A stretch of DNA of 55,802 nt from Candidatus Moranbacteria bacterium GW2011_GWE2_36_40. GTDB lineage: Bacteria; Patescibacteriota; Minisyncoccia; Moranbacterales; GWC2-37-73. Under the pieces are notes generated by a model that saw nothing but the letters and a program-made list of their open reading frames with translations, ran no database searches and was not told where the DNA came from. The stretch covers positions 1 through 55,802 of the forward strand of contig LBRX01000005.1 of assembly GCA_000991645.1 (NCBI GenBank), in the 5' to 3' direction. Position 1 is the first letter of the stretch; each line of letters opens with the position of its first letter. Of this stretch, positions 27,801 through 34,516 are shown one piece after another. The translations under genes were made by a program, and so were the position numbers.

Positions 27801-29689
27801 AAAGTTGCAGTCCTTGCGGTGGCGTCGACCGTCACCGTGCCTGCGCCTGTTTCATGAGAATTAGTGTTTTGTCCGACAGAATAAAAAATTGCGGTTGCGG
27901 CTTCGTCGGCACCGATATCAACAACGCCTGCTCCAGTTGGTCGCGTTTGTCCGTCAATGTCAGTTGCGACTGGCAGATTCACATCCGCACTCAAATCCAC
28001 TCCAGCATTTTTGGCAGCGGTATCTGATGGAGAAAGATGAAAGTCTTTGTTGGCAGCGTCGACGAAAGCAACGGTTTTTGAATTTTGTGGATTGGCGCCA
28101 GGTGCATTAGCCTGATCAGAAACATTATTTGTCGAAGATTCCGAAAAAGAATTGAGGTATGCCTTATTTAATTGAAGAGTATCTTGCACAATATTATTTT
28201 TTACAATAGCATTACTATTTCCAACAAATCCATTGTAACTGTGACTCACAGTATTGTTATATGCATATACATTATTAATCACATAAAAAGCATATTCTTC
28301 TCTGAAACTAGGATTATCTGAACCAAACCAATCATAAATTATATTGTTCCATATCCTAACCTGCACTCCAATAGGAGCTGTGGCATGAATACCTGAATTA
28401 TATGATGATCCATTGCTTATATTGCCCTTAATAATATTTGAATCAATCTGAACATCACCAAATGAACCAGTAATATTTCCTAGATCAATACCTCCCTTTG
28501 AATCTAGCCCGCTCTGCGTTACTTTGATTTCTAATCCATAAATTCTCAAATAATTTATCAACACATTCATTGAATAGCTATTTGATGGCGTTTCCATTCT
28601 GTATTTCCCATCATCCCATTTCCCCGAATGTCTTTGACTATTGTTCGCTTCAGTAGTCGTGCTAACTGGCGTATAAATTTTAATAAAATTAGAAACACCT
28701 GTTGTATATCCAGAAACAGTCACCGCAGTTGTGTCTGCACTGGAATCATAATAACAAGGGAAATTGAGCTGATAATTTCCAGTGACTAAATCTGTAGTGT
28801 TGAGATGATTTGCATCAACCGCACCGGTGACTGCAGCTGAAAGACTTGTGTACTCATGTTTAATTGAAACCACTGTTGAAGTTGTGATGTCGGCAGGAAC
28901 TGCGCCAGTTTTTGTAACCAAATTCCAAACTGAAGTGGAAGTTTTTGATGCAATATATGCAATGTCAGTTGTGTTGTATGTAACTCTGTCCCCAACTCCA
29001 ATATTTCCAGTCTGCGCTGCTGAAAAAGTTGCAACCCCACTTGCAATTGTGACAGTTGGGGTACTTGTTTTTAGATCAGAAGCGGATTGCCCGACGGAAT
29101 AATAAACTTGGTCGGGCTTGATCAATCCTGCGTCGCCAATGGCAGACGTGAGGTTGTCGTCAAGCGGACTGTAGAGATTAATTTTATAATAAAAACTGGT
29201 CGCGCCTGTCCAATTTAAAGTGGACAAAGCGAGCGAACTGGCCATGTCCAAATGCGAGCCGGTTGACAAAACATCCTCGCCCCACAGTGTGCCATTGGAA
29301 GAATACCAACTCACGCCGTCTTGTGAAAATTGCACCGATATGCTTGTACTGGACGGCAAAGACGTGACGTTATAGGCGAAATGCACGGTGCTATCGAATG
29401 TCATCACTCCCCCAGCCAAAAGGTCAGTGGAAACGATGGCGCCTTGCGTGGGATATGAATTTCCACTGAGTGCTGGAACTGCGGTGCCGTCATAATCAAC
29501 TTGCGTGTCACTAACTGTCGGCGTCAACGCCACATCAGTCGATGTCAATTGAAGTTTATAAAACAAAATTCCGCCAGTCCAAGCCAAACCGCTCAAATTA
29601 ACATTAGTCGTTCCGTTAACAGCCGTGTCCCAACCCTCTTTGACGCCAGCTGAATTGTAATAATTAACTTTGCACAATTTGAAAACCAT
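21803..29689 (-). CDS. Giant surface protein: N-terminal domain, five ~400-aa beta-helix (PbH1-like) modules, two LamG (Laminin_G_3-like) domains
   Basis: 2628 aa. Each module starts (I/V)(F/Y)YSVGQ and ends FHL..DTAAKNAG...DIDGQ.RP...DIGADEA, with NNI(V/I/Y) beta-helix rungs between. The tail has GLVGHWTFDG.../GLVGYWSFDG... and DDVRVYNRALSANEI / DETRIYNRALNAQEI. Confidence 0.85.
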   Translation of the reverse strand: MVFKLCKVNYYNSAGVKEGWDTAVNGTTNVNLSGLAWTGGILFYKLQLTSTDVALTPTVSDTQVDYDGTAVPALSGNSYPTQGAIVSTDLLAGGVMTFDSTVHFAYNVTSLPSSTSISVQFSQDGVSWYSSNGTLWGEDVLSTGSHLDMASSLALSTLNWTGATSFYYKINLYSPLDDNLTSAIGDAGLIKPDQVYYSVGQSASDLKTSTPTVTIASGVATFSAAQTGNIGVGDRVTYNTTDIAYIASKTSTSVWNLVTKTGAVPADITTSTVVSIKHEYTSLSAAVTGAVDANHLNTTDLVTGNYQLNFPCYYDSSADTTAVTVSGYTTGVSNFIKIYTPVSTTTEANNSQRHSGKWDDGKYRMETPSNSYSMNVLINYLRIYGLEIKVTQSGLDSKGGIDLGNITGSFGDVQIDSNIIKGNISNGSSYNSGIHATAPIGVQVRIWNNIIYDWFGSDNPSFREEYAFYVINNVYAYNNTVSHSYNGFVGNSNAIVKNNIVQDTLQLNKAYLNSFSESSTNNVSDQANAPGANPQNSKTVAFVDAANKDFHLSPSDTAAKNAGVDLSADVNLPVATDIDGQTRPTGAGVVDIGADEAATAIFYSVGQNTNSHETGAGTVTVDATARTATFSVAQTATNMGVGDLITYAGGSCYISSKTSTTVWGCQSATGTAPTAATDADVTSIAHAFSSLAAAFPFAANGVQNATHLNTSDLVTGNYQLNIPCYYDSGSDVSVLSAIGGFTTGMNNYIRIYTPTNTTSEVNLSQRHSGKWDDAKFARTGTIGILNNYIRLEGLQINVVDGNGISSNGPYSGRGQIISDNIIRGSGQTSAKYGVRWLGTAADVSLRNNIIYGFDYTGSYGIYLDQGTGNIVPSVFNNTVYGNANGIRQTTAAFFSNNLSYNNGIDYVGTSKAGSTNNLSKDATATGTNAKINQTVQFADSANKDFHLTSTDTAAKNAGASLYADPNFAFTSDIDGHLRSSASSPQGSEIWDIGADEAATAVYYSVGQNTTSHETGSGTVTVDATASTATFSVAQTATNMGVGDLVTYTGGACYITNKTSTSVWGCQTATGAAPTAATNADVTSIAHAFSSLSAAVTGASGASYLNTTDLVTGNYQLNFPCYYDTGADTGGALMITGYITADSNYIRIYTPTNISSEVNQSQRHGGTSNTGFRMSRTLPDNSWPAINVQNSYVWIDGLSVSANVGGGIVINSSGSSGNIRISNNVVFNSGGIGYWSGNENVLIWNNVLYGDGQVTGNSSNNSKFVVYNNTVHRNSSTPINRTGMRYVLAKNNIVMNWGGVDGHRNYLDLAAGSSNNLSSDISGDIINQVDTNNFVSVVSGSENFHLKSTSAAKNQGTSLESDSVLAFNTDIDGQTRPSSSSTIWDIGADEAATAIYYSVGQSTADLKTGTLPTVTIASGVATFSAAQTGNIGVGDRVTYNSTDIAYIASKTSTSVWNLVTKTGAVPADITTSAVVSIKHEYTSLSAAVTGAIDANHLNTTDLVTGNYQLNFPCYYDSGADTTAVTVDGYTTGASNYIKIYTPVSTTAEANNSQRHQGKWDDGKYRFEITNYNYPLYIAVKNVEINGLQMTMISNSSNTRGGVIHINQNLNTSYRVANNIIRGVFSGTASSGYGIALDYTPTTQIFNNLIYDFSYNGSLNMAAISAGSNSVVYNNTVINSRVGFYGFGGLGQLVKNNIASGNTTDYSGILNASSANNISSDATSPNAGATDCGGHSCRNQTVQFADAANKDFHLSPSDTAAKNAGADLSADVNLPITTDIDGQTRPTGAGVVDIGADEAATAIFYSVGQNTTDHKTGTPTVTISSGIATFSVAQTATNMGVGDKVTYNGATVAYISEKISTSQWKLATNLGATPADVTGATVNSIAHEFASLRDSLADSTDVLHLNTSNLVTGNYQLNIPCYYDSGPDTVSINTPSISTSASNYIKIYTPVDINREVNLSQRHSGKWNDTKYSLQTSSTFINGINYSKIVGLQVYNTAAASAFRLYMSEEVGMYFSDNVVKGSTSDWTYLIHDVSASGKGNVYILNNIVYDQLGTGSSVFYLLSTGFKYHIYNNTIYNSNYAINIGSGVVAVAKNNIVQNSTDGFNGTFDAASDYNISNLAADAPGSNSKNSTTVSFIDATNKNFHLASTDTSAKGAGLDLQHDSYFAFDTDIDGQVRVNPWDIGADQFSDTVLQTQQSSPNLDAGLVGHWTFDGQDISGTTAKDTSGNNNNGTISGATKAIGKLGQGVNYSAATNVVTVSDKDSLDGMAQLTLSAWINPKSEGGGYPRIIEKGNGYPYIFLFVGNNLSCNIGAEGITTTTSPLAGKYNSWHHVDCVYDGANISIYFDGVSIASTPKTGSVLAGATALTIGNNVAGDRTFDGKIDDVRVYNRALSANEIEQLYHQGIDTVAAPEASAGNENGLVGYWSFDGKTINGTTVTDLSGLGNNGTISGATLALGKIGQGMGFDGTSSYINIGDMPFGGTSPLSICSWGKLNDILATDTLVTQDGAVYLRVNGSYAEFIMLGFSNNDRASVDPGPGQGISDNAWHYFCGTYSTGGAIKIYVDAIEKKSVVPTGSYTDSASPFIIGSRGGGSEFMNGVIDETRIYNRALNAQEITQFYKLGQVNIRK
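23130..29105 (-). repeat. Five tandem ~1.2-kb coding modules (starts near 29105, 27885, 26690, 25505, 24285)
   Basis: Module types a-b-b-a-c by sequence. Shadow ORFs 28827-29102 and 25209-25505 are about 90 percent identical. Type c matches 40300-41460 in the paralogue. Confidence 0.8.
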
Positions 29690-29837
29690 TGATTGCGGTC
29701 ACGGTTGCACCGGATAGCATGTTTTTGGATTCCAAAATCCCTTGAGTATAATAGTCGGCACTTGCATTTGATGTGAATGCAAAAAAACCAATAGCAAAGA
29801 ATGCCAGAGTCAAAAAAGTCATCAAGGATTTTGTCAT
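29664..29837 (-). CDS. Out-of-frame 5' fragment (signal peptide) of the giant gene
   Basis: MTKSLMTFLTLAFFAIGFFAFTSNASADYY...TVTAING runs into the giant ORF. Removing one T from the TTTT run (plus strand aaaa at 29682-29685) gives ...AINGFKLCKVNYYN. Confidence 0.6.
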   Translation of the reverse strand: MTKSLMTFLTLAFFAIGFFAFTSNASADYYTQGILESKNMLSGATVTAINGFQIVQS

Positions 29838-29961
29838 CCTCGTGTTTAGTAGGGCTGGATTCCCATTTTTACCACAAGGGCACTTCCTTTGGTCGCGGGA
29901 ATGACAAGGAGAGGTTGTTTTTAATTTTAAATTCATTTCAGAATGTTTTTATTTTAAACTC

Positions 29962-30201
29962 TTAATCACATCTGTCTACGAACCCATCGAATTCGATGGA
30001 ATTAAAATTCTTGTTATTAATTCTTTCCCAAAGTCCAAGAAATTCCACGCTTTCGTAGTTTCGCATCCAATTTTGAACAATATAGTCACTTCTTTCAGCG
30101 TCTTTATATCTGGCAATATCGGTCAATGAAATAAAATCCATTTTGTTTTGTTCAAACAAGACAATTTCTGCATTATTAACCTTTATTTTTCTTTTTTGCA
30201 T
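29962..30201 (-). CDS. Short KilA-N-like domain protein
   Basis: 79 aa; ISLTDIARYKD....IVQNWMRNYESVEFLGLWERINN resembles a KilA-N N-terminal region. Confidence 0.5.
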   Translation of the reverse strand: MQKRKIKVNNAEIVLFEQNKMDFISLTDIARYKDAERSDYIVQNWMRNYESVEFLGLWERINNKNFNSIEFDGFVDRCD

Positions 30202-30239
30202 ATTACTATTTTATATTATTTAACACTTTTTTTCAAAGA

Positions 30240-30581
30240 TTATTCAGCCCATTTCAACCAACCTCCAATTTGGTCACCGATGGAAAAAAGATAGTTTTCC
30301 TGCAAATGCACAAAATGCTTTTCGCTCATTGCTTCGATTTCCTGACTCATCCGCAAGCGACATTTTAACTTGTCAAAATCTTTGCTCAACTTTTTAATGG
30401 CTTCAAATTTTTCCTCGTCTTTCAAGTTGTTGATTTCAAAATATTGATCCAAACACTTCCAACACAATATTATGATTTCTTGTCCGATGGTAAATTTGTA
30501 TTCTCTGGGCATGTTGTGCACTGTTTTGTGCAATAATTTAGTCAGCATATAAATTTTGTAATACAAATCTTGATTATTCAT
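30240..30581 (-). CDS. avd: DGR accessory variability determinant (Avd-like four-helix-bundle protein)
   Basis: 113 aa from MNNQDLYYKIYMLTKLLHKTVHNMPREYKFTIGQEI, immediately 3' of the TR. The ORF-track start at 30614 runs into the TR. Confidence 0.7.
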   Translation of the reverse strand: MNNQDLYYKIYMLTKLLHKTVHNMPREYKFTIGQEIIILCWKCLDQYFEINNLKDEEKFEAIKKLSKDFDKLKCRLRMSQEIEAMSEKHFVHLQENYLFSIGDQIGGWLKWAE

Positions 30582-30600
30582 ATGAATATTTGGGATAATT

Positions 30601-30700
30601 ACCCACGGACACACCGAACTGAGTTGGCATTCGTCTTATTGTTGTTGTTCGTGTTACCATCATTGAAATTGACGTTCCATGCGTTCGTGGTGGAGTTCTC
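30601..30700 (-). repeat. DGR template repeat (TR), 3' segment
   Basis: Aligns to VR 32374-32473 with 8 mismatches in 100 nt, all at TR coding-strand adenines. The TR encodes N at each variable codon (AAC/AAT). Confidence 0.9.
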
Positions 30701-30996
30701 CCGCACCTTTTAAACAGCACTATCTATACTTCTTTTTATGCGTCTGATGAGTTGTGCGTAAACTTTTCCAAACTGCTTCAATTTTTTCTCTCTATCACGC
30801 GCTTCAGTTTCTGTTCGATAAACTTCGCAATACACTACAACCAATGGTCTTCTGCACTTTGTTGATAAAACCTTTCCCTCATTATGCTTTTTCAAACGTG
30901 CAACAATACTCACAGTATATCCAATATAAAGTTTATGATCTTTTAGACTTTTTAGGATGTATAGATAATGCATATTTTTCTGTTTAAAAGGTGCGG
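30701..30996 (-). mobile_element. 296-bp TIR element carrying only a GIY-YIG ORF, inserted in the DGR TR
   Basis: Perfect 17-bp terminal inverted repeats: ccgcaccttttaaacag at 30701-30717 and its reverse complement at 30980-30996. Flanked by 8-bp direct repeats gagttctc (30693-30700, 30997-31004), both of which align to VR gagtactc. Confidence 0.75.
30710..30973 (-). CDS. Small GIY-YIG (URI-domain, COG2827-like) nuclease-family protein
   Basis: 87 aa: MHYLYILKSLKDHKLYIGYTVSIVARLKKHNEGK...RRPLVVVYCEVYRTETEARDREKKLKQ. The 25-codon N-terminal extension in the ORF track reads through the TIR and TR. Confidence 0.8.
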   Translation of the reverse strand: MHYLYILKSLKDHKLYIGYTVSIVARLKKHNEGKVLSTKCRRPLVVVYCEVYRTETEARDREKKLKQFGKVYAQLIRRIKRSIDSAV

Positions 30997-31004
30997 GAGT
31001 TCTC

Positions 31005-31035
31005 AGTCTCGGACCAATAGTTGCTAGTACCGAAA
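31005..31035 (-). repeat. DGR TR, 5' segment separated from the rest by the GIY-YIG element
   Basis: Aligns to VR 32474-32504 with 8 mismatches in 31 nt, only 4 of them at TR adenines. Confidence 0.6.
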
Positions 31036-31180
31036 AAAATATTTTCACTCTCTTCTATCATAAACATCAATCTGAATTAAGACCAATGTCGGTTTTTGCC
31101 CCAAAAACTGAGGCGGCGAAAATCGTGGTTATCGCAATATTTCTCTTTGCAAGCATTGCTGCAAAAGCAGACAAAAAAAC

Positions 31181-32320
31181 TCACAAACTCTGGCTGACTA
31201 AATTGATTTTCAAAAAACTATCTAAATATTCAAATTGTTTTGGCAATTTTTCACAAATTTTTTTCCGCAAAACCAAACTGGAACAATGTTTGAAATGACC
31301 GAAGTATGAATTCACAACTGAAACAGTTTTTTTGTCATCCATCAAATTAAAATGCAATTTATTTTTCAATCTTCCCACCACATCATTTTTTACCAAACAA
31401 TGAGTCGGTTTGATAAAATATCCCAAAAAATCAAGCCCCCTTTCCGTCGGCTGCATTTTGGTTTTCTTTTCGTTCAATTTTAATTTCAGATTTGTTTGCA
31501 AAAATTCATTCACAATTTTTGGCAATTGCCGCAATTTTTCCACATCTTCATCAATCACCACAAAATCATCAACATAGCGCAGATATTTTTTTATCTTCAA
31601 TTTCCTTTTTATAAACTGATCCAGCTCATTCATATACAAATTGGCAAAAAATTGTGAAGTGTAATTTCCGATTGGCAAACCCTTGTTTAGAGCTTGACCA
31701 AACATAGATTTGTGAACTGGCACTGATGCAAGCAATTCAAGATCTCCCTTTGTGACAAAATTTTCCTGACAACGATGAAAAATCAGCAATTTTCCAAGCC
31801 AAAGCATTTCAGTTTTCCATTGATTTTGTCTTTGCAATTTTGCAATAAATTTACTGAAGATATCAAACAAAATATTTTTATCAATACTGGTAAAAAAACT
31901 TGAAATATCCATTTTCAAATACCACTCCCTATTTCTCTGCTGATTATTTTTTTTGTTTTTAACAAAAAATTGCAACCTTTTGACAGCCTTTAATGTGCCC
32001 TTGCCTTTTAAGCAGGCATAGCTGTCAAAAACAAAACGATGTGAAGCATATTGAACGATTTCATTGACAAGCAAATGATGCACGATGCGGTCACGAAAAT
32101 CGGCGGCAAAAATTTCACGAATTTTTGGCTTATCAACTGCAAAACAAATTGAGCGACCTGGCACATAGGTTTTGTTTTTGAGTTCGCGAAGCAAAACTCT
32201 CAATTTATTTTCAAAATCAAGTTCAAAATCCAGCGCATTGATCGTCTTTCTCTTGTTTTCGCGACAAGACAAATACGCTTTGAAAATTTTTTCGTATGTG
32301 AAAATTATTGCCATACCCAT
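31181..32320 (-). CDS. DGR reverse transcriptase
   Basis: RT motifs LKMDISSFFTSI, PIGNYTSQFFANLYM (DGR-type SQ motif), RYVDDFVV, GLDFLGY. Sits between the target gene and the TR. Confidence 0.85.
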   Translation of the reverse strand: MGMAIIFTYEKIFKAYLSCRENKRKTINALDFELDFENKLRVLLRELKNKTYVPGRSICFAVDKPKIREIFAADFRDRIVHHLLVNEIVQYASHRFVFDSYACLKGKGTLKAVKRLQFFVKNKKNNQQRNREWYLKMDISSFFTSIDKNILFDIFSKFIAKLQRQNQWKTEMLWLGKLLIFHRCQENFVTKGDLELLASVPVHKSMFGQALNKGLPIGNYTSQFFANLYMNELDQFIKRKLKIKKYLRYVDDFVVIDEDVEKLRQLPKIVNEFLQTNLKLKLNEKKTKMQPTERGLDFLGYFIKPTHCLVKNDVVGRLKNKLHFNLMDDKKTVSVVNSYFGHFKHCSSLVLRKKICEKLPKQFEYLDSFLKINLVSQSL

Positions 32321-32368
32321 TTTTTACTGCTTAATTCCAAAGGATCAAAATTCCAAATTCTGTTTTGA

Positions 32369-32968
32369 CTACCACCCACGGACACACCGAACTGAGTAGG
32401 CATTCGTCTTATTGAAGTAGTCCGTGTAACCATCATTGAAATTGACGTTCCATGCGCTCGTGGTGGAGTACTCAGTGGATGACCAATAGAAGGAAGTACC
32501 GAAATTATTGCCGAACGTCGCACGATTAGTGTATAGACATTGCAATTCCGTTTTAGTTGGAAGTCGTCCACCTGCAGCTTTGCACACATCGCGGCCGCAA
32601 TTTGGCTTGTCACAATTTGTGTTGGCTGTTTTCCATTGTTTAGTAGTGGCTTCATTGACTCTTTTGACAATTATATACGCACCATCGCCCAGACTGTTGG
32701 CGCAAGTTGTGTTAAGCGAGCAAAACCAAGTGCCATCGTCGCAAGTTTTGGCAGCCAATTTGACCTCTCCAGCGCCCGTGTCAACATTCACATTCCAAGT
32801 GTTGGCAATCCTGGAAGAATCTGTGAAGCTGTCAATCATTGACTGCGCCAAAGCATATAGCCCGAAAGAAACCATTCCGCCAAAAACGACCGCAACAAAC
32901 ATAATTGATTTTCTTTTTTTTGGATTATTTTTCCAATACTCCTTCAATTTTTCTTTTATTTTTTTCAT
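32369..32968 (-). CDS. DGR variable (target) protein, membrane-anchored, C-terminal DUF1566/C-type-lectin-fold domain
   Basis: TM segment IMFVAVVFGGMVSFGLYAL. C-terminus GRLPTKTELQCLY...FYWSSTEYSTTSAWNVNFNDGYTDYFNKTNAYSVRCVRGW. Confidence 0.85.
   Translation of the reverse strand: MKKIKEKLKEYWKNNPKKRKSIMFVAVVFGGMVSFGLYALAQSMIDSFTDSSRIANTWNVNVDTGAGEVKLAAKTCDDGTWFCSLNTTCANSLGDGAYIIVKRVNEATTKQWKTANTNCDKPNCGRDVCKAAGGRLPTKTELQCLYTNRATFGNNFGTSFYWSSTEYSTTSAWNVNFNDGYTDYFNKTNAYSVRCVRGW
32374..32504 (-). repeat. DGR variable repeat (VR)
   Basis: Homologous to TR 30601-30700 plus 31005-31035. The last 3' codons are CVRGW-stop. Confidence 0.85.
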
Positions 32969-33124
32969 AAGGTTATTTTTATAAGTTTATTTTAAAAATT
33001 AGCTATCTCCTTTTGGACTCTTTTGTTTGAAAAATATTTTATTGTTTTTACCTGTCGCTCGTGAGACACGTTGCTTGCGAACGACATGTGTCGAGTGACA
33101 GGTTTTGATTTTTGGTTCATTTTT

Positions 33125-34498
33125 TCATTTTTTAACAACCTCCCAATAACCACCCTTATCCGATCCGATTCTTTTGATTAGTTTTTCTTCTCTCAATTTG
33201 GCAATCTGTTTCTCCACAGCCCTGGAACTTATTCCCAATTTTTCCGCAACCTCCTTAGCGCTTATTTTAGCTCTTTTTCGCATCAAATTCAAAATTTTCT
33301 CCGAACTTTTCTCCGAACCTTTCTCCGAACTTTTCTCCGAACTTTTCTGGGCAGCTTTCTCCACACTTTTTTCCGAACTTTTTAAGATACTAGCCTCTTC
33401 GAATTCTTTACTGAAAATCGTGATGCAAAAACCACCAGAAGCCTCTTCAATAAAAGGTTCGGGAAGACCATAATCGCGAAAAATTTCAGCCACCAACTTG
33501 TTGCGTGGTGTTGATTTTCTTCTTCCCGCTTTAACATCATCCAAGGTTAAATCGAAAGGCAGCCATCCGCTATTCCAAAATTCTAATTTGTCAAAATAAA
33601 CGCGAAACTGCGAGTGCGTTCCTTCTTGGTAGTCGCGATGAATGATTGCGTTGATTACTATTTCTCGAATGGCATCAATTGGATATTGCCATCTTTCTTC
33701 ACGTTGCGGATTGCCAGTAATGATAAATTCTTTTAGAATATATATTTTTACGAATTCCATCACTTCGTCAACCTCACTAATCAAATCTCGCCTAATTACC
33801 TTGTCCTTTTTAATTGTAATATCGTTCTGAAACAAGCCAATTTGAATATCCGTTTGCCGCGAAGGCTCTTTTAAAAATAAAAGCAGGCTGGCATTGGTCG
33901 GATATTCGCTGCCATCATCTTCAACTATTAGAGAATACTTGCGCAAAAAACTGAAATTGTCACCCAGACTGACTGCCAAATTTTTTTCTATCATCAGTTT
34001 TGTCTTTTCAATTTTTTCTGTGTCCAAATCATCCAAACTTTTATCCCTGTTTGGATAAAAATCCCAGCTGGAATTTTTTGTCCGCAGATACATTTCGGAT
34101 ATTTCTTGCAAAGTCAGCAAGTGGTTTGAATTATTTTTTCGAACATAAAAGCGCCCCTTGAATGAAACGGGCTTCAAGGGAAATTCAGCCACATCAAAAA
34201 CGACGATTGTTTTTTTATCTATAACAAACTTTTCAATATCAACACTTAGAAATGGTTGTGTTTTGTTTTTAATTTCATTTGTCCAATTTTGAACACTTTC
34301 CTGATCCAATTTTACCCCACTTATCTTTCTTTTATCATTAACTCCAACAATTACCAGTCCGCCTTTGCGATTTGTCATAGCAACCAATGTTGTTATCACA
34401 TCATCAGAAAAAGACAGCTTGAATTCAACATTGCTGTTTTCCCCATCTGCTATTATTTTTTTTATTTTTTCTCTATCCATATCAATATTATATACCAA
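33125..34498 (-). CDS. AlbA_2 (Schlafen-like) / HATPase_c_4-like protein with C-terminal wHTH
   Basis: N-terminal ADGENSNVEFKLSF...LVAMTNRKGGLVIVGV; mid REIVINAIIHRDY; C-terminal ISAKEVAEKLGISSRAVEKQIAKLREEKLIKRIG. Confidence 0.7.
   Translation of the reverse strand: MVYNIDMDREKIKKIIADGENSNVEFKLSFSDDVITTLVAMTNRKGGLVIVGVNDKRKISGVKLDQESVQNWTNEIKNKTQPFLSVDIEKFVIDKKTIVVFDVAEFPLKPVSFKGRFYVRKNNSNHLLTLQEISEMYLRTKNSSWDFYPNRDKSLDDLDTEKIEKTKLMIEKNLAVSLGDNFSFLRKYSLIVEDDGSEYPTNASLLLFLKEPSRQTDIQIGLFQNDITIKKDKVIRRDLISEVDEVMEFVKIYILKEFIITGNPQREERWQYPIDAIREIVINAIIHRDYQEGTHSQFRVYFDKLEFWNSGWLPFDLTLDDVKAGRRKSTPRNKLVAEIFRDYGLPEPFIEEASGGFCITIFSKEFEEASILKSSEKSVEKAAQKSSEKSSEKGSEKSSEKILNLMRKRAKISAKEVAEKLGISSRAVEKQIAKLREEKLIKRIGSDKGGYWEVVKK
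33295..33378 (-). repeat. Seven tandem 12-nt coding repeats (SEKS-type low-complexity linker)
   Basis: ttttctccgaac repeated with drift; it encodes SEKSVEKAAQKSSEKSSEKGSEKSSEK. Confidence 0.85.
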
Positions 34499-34516
34499 AA
34501 ATAAAATCGGCGTTTT

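Noticed and set aside
30974-31048. N-terminal 25-codon extension of the GIY-YIG ORF (MKIFFSVLATIGPRLRTPAPFKQKN)
   Set aside because: It reads through the right TIR and the 5' TR segment. The GIY-YIG domain begins at MHYLYIL (30973).
31181-32320. Reverse transcriptase as group II intron maturase or retron RT
   Set aside because: There is no maturase/X or En domain, no intron RNA domain V/VI-like structure nearby, and no msr/msd-like inverted repeats. A TR/VR pair with adenine-only differences and an Avd gene identify a DGR.
32305-32670. 121-aa ORF overlapping the VR region in another frame
   Set aside because: It is fully nested in the DGR target gene and the RT start. It has no motifs, and the target-gene frame carries the DUF1566-like signature.
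33050-33103. Long hairpin (12-bp outer stem plus inner stem) as terminator of the AlbA_2 gene
   Set aside because: The T-tract follows the hairpin only on the plus strand, where no gene exists. On the transcribed minus strand it is followed by an A-run, so it was not called as a terminator. Its function is unknown.
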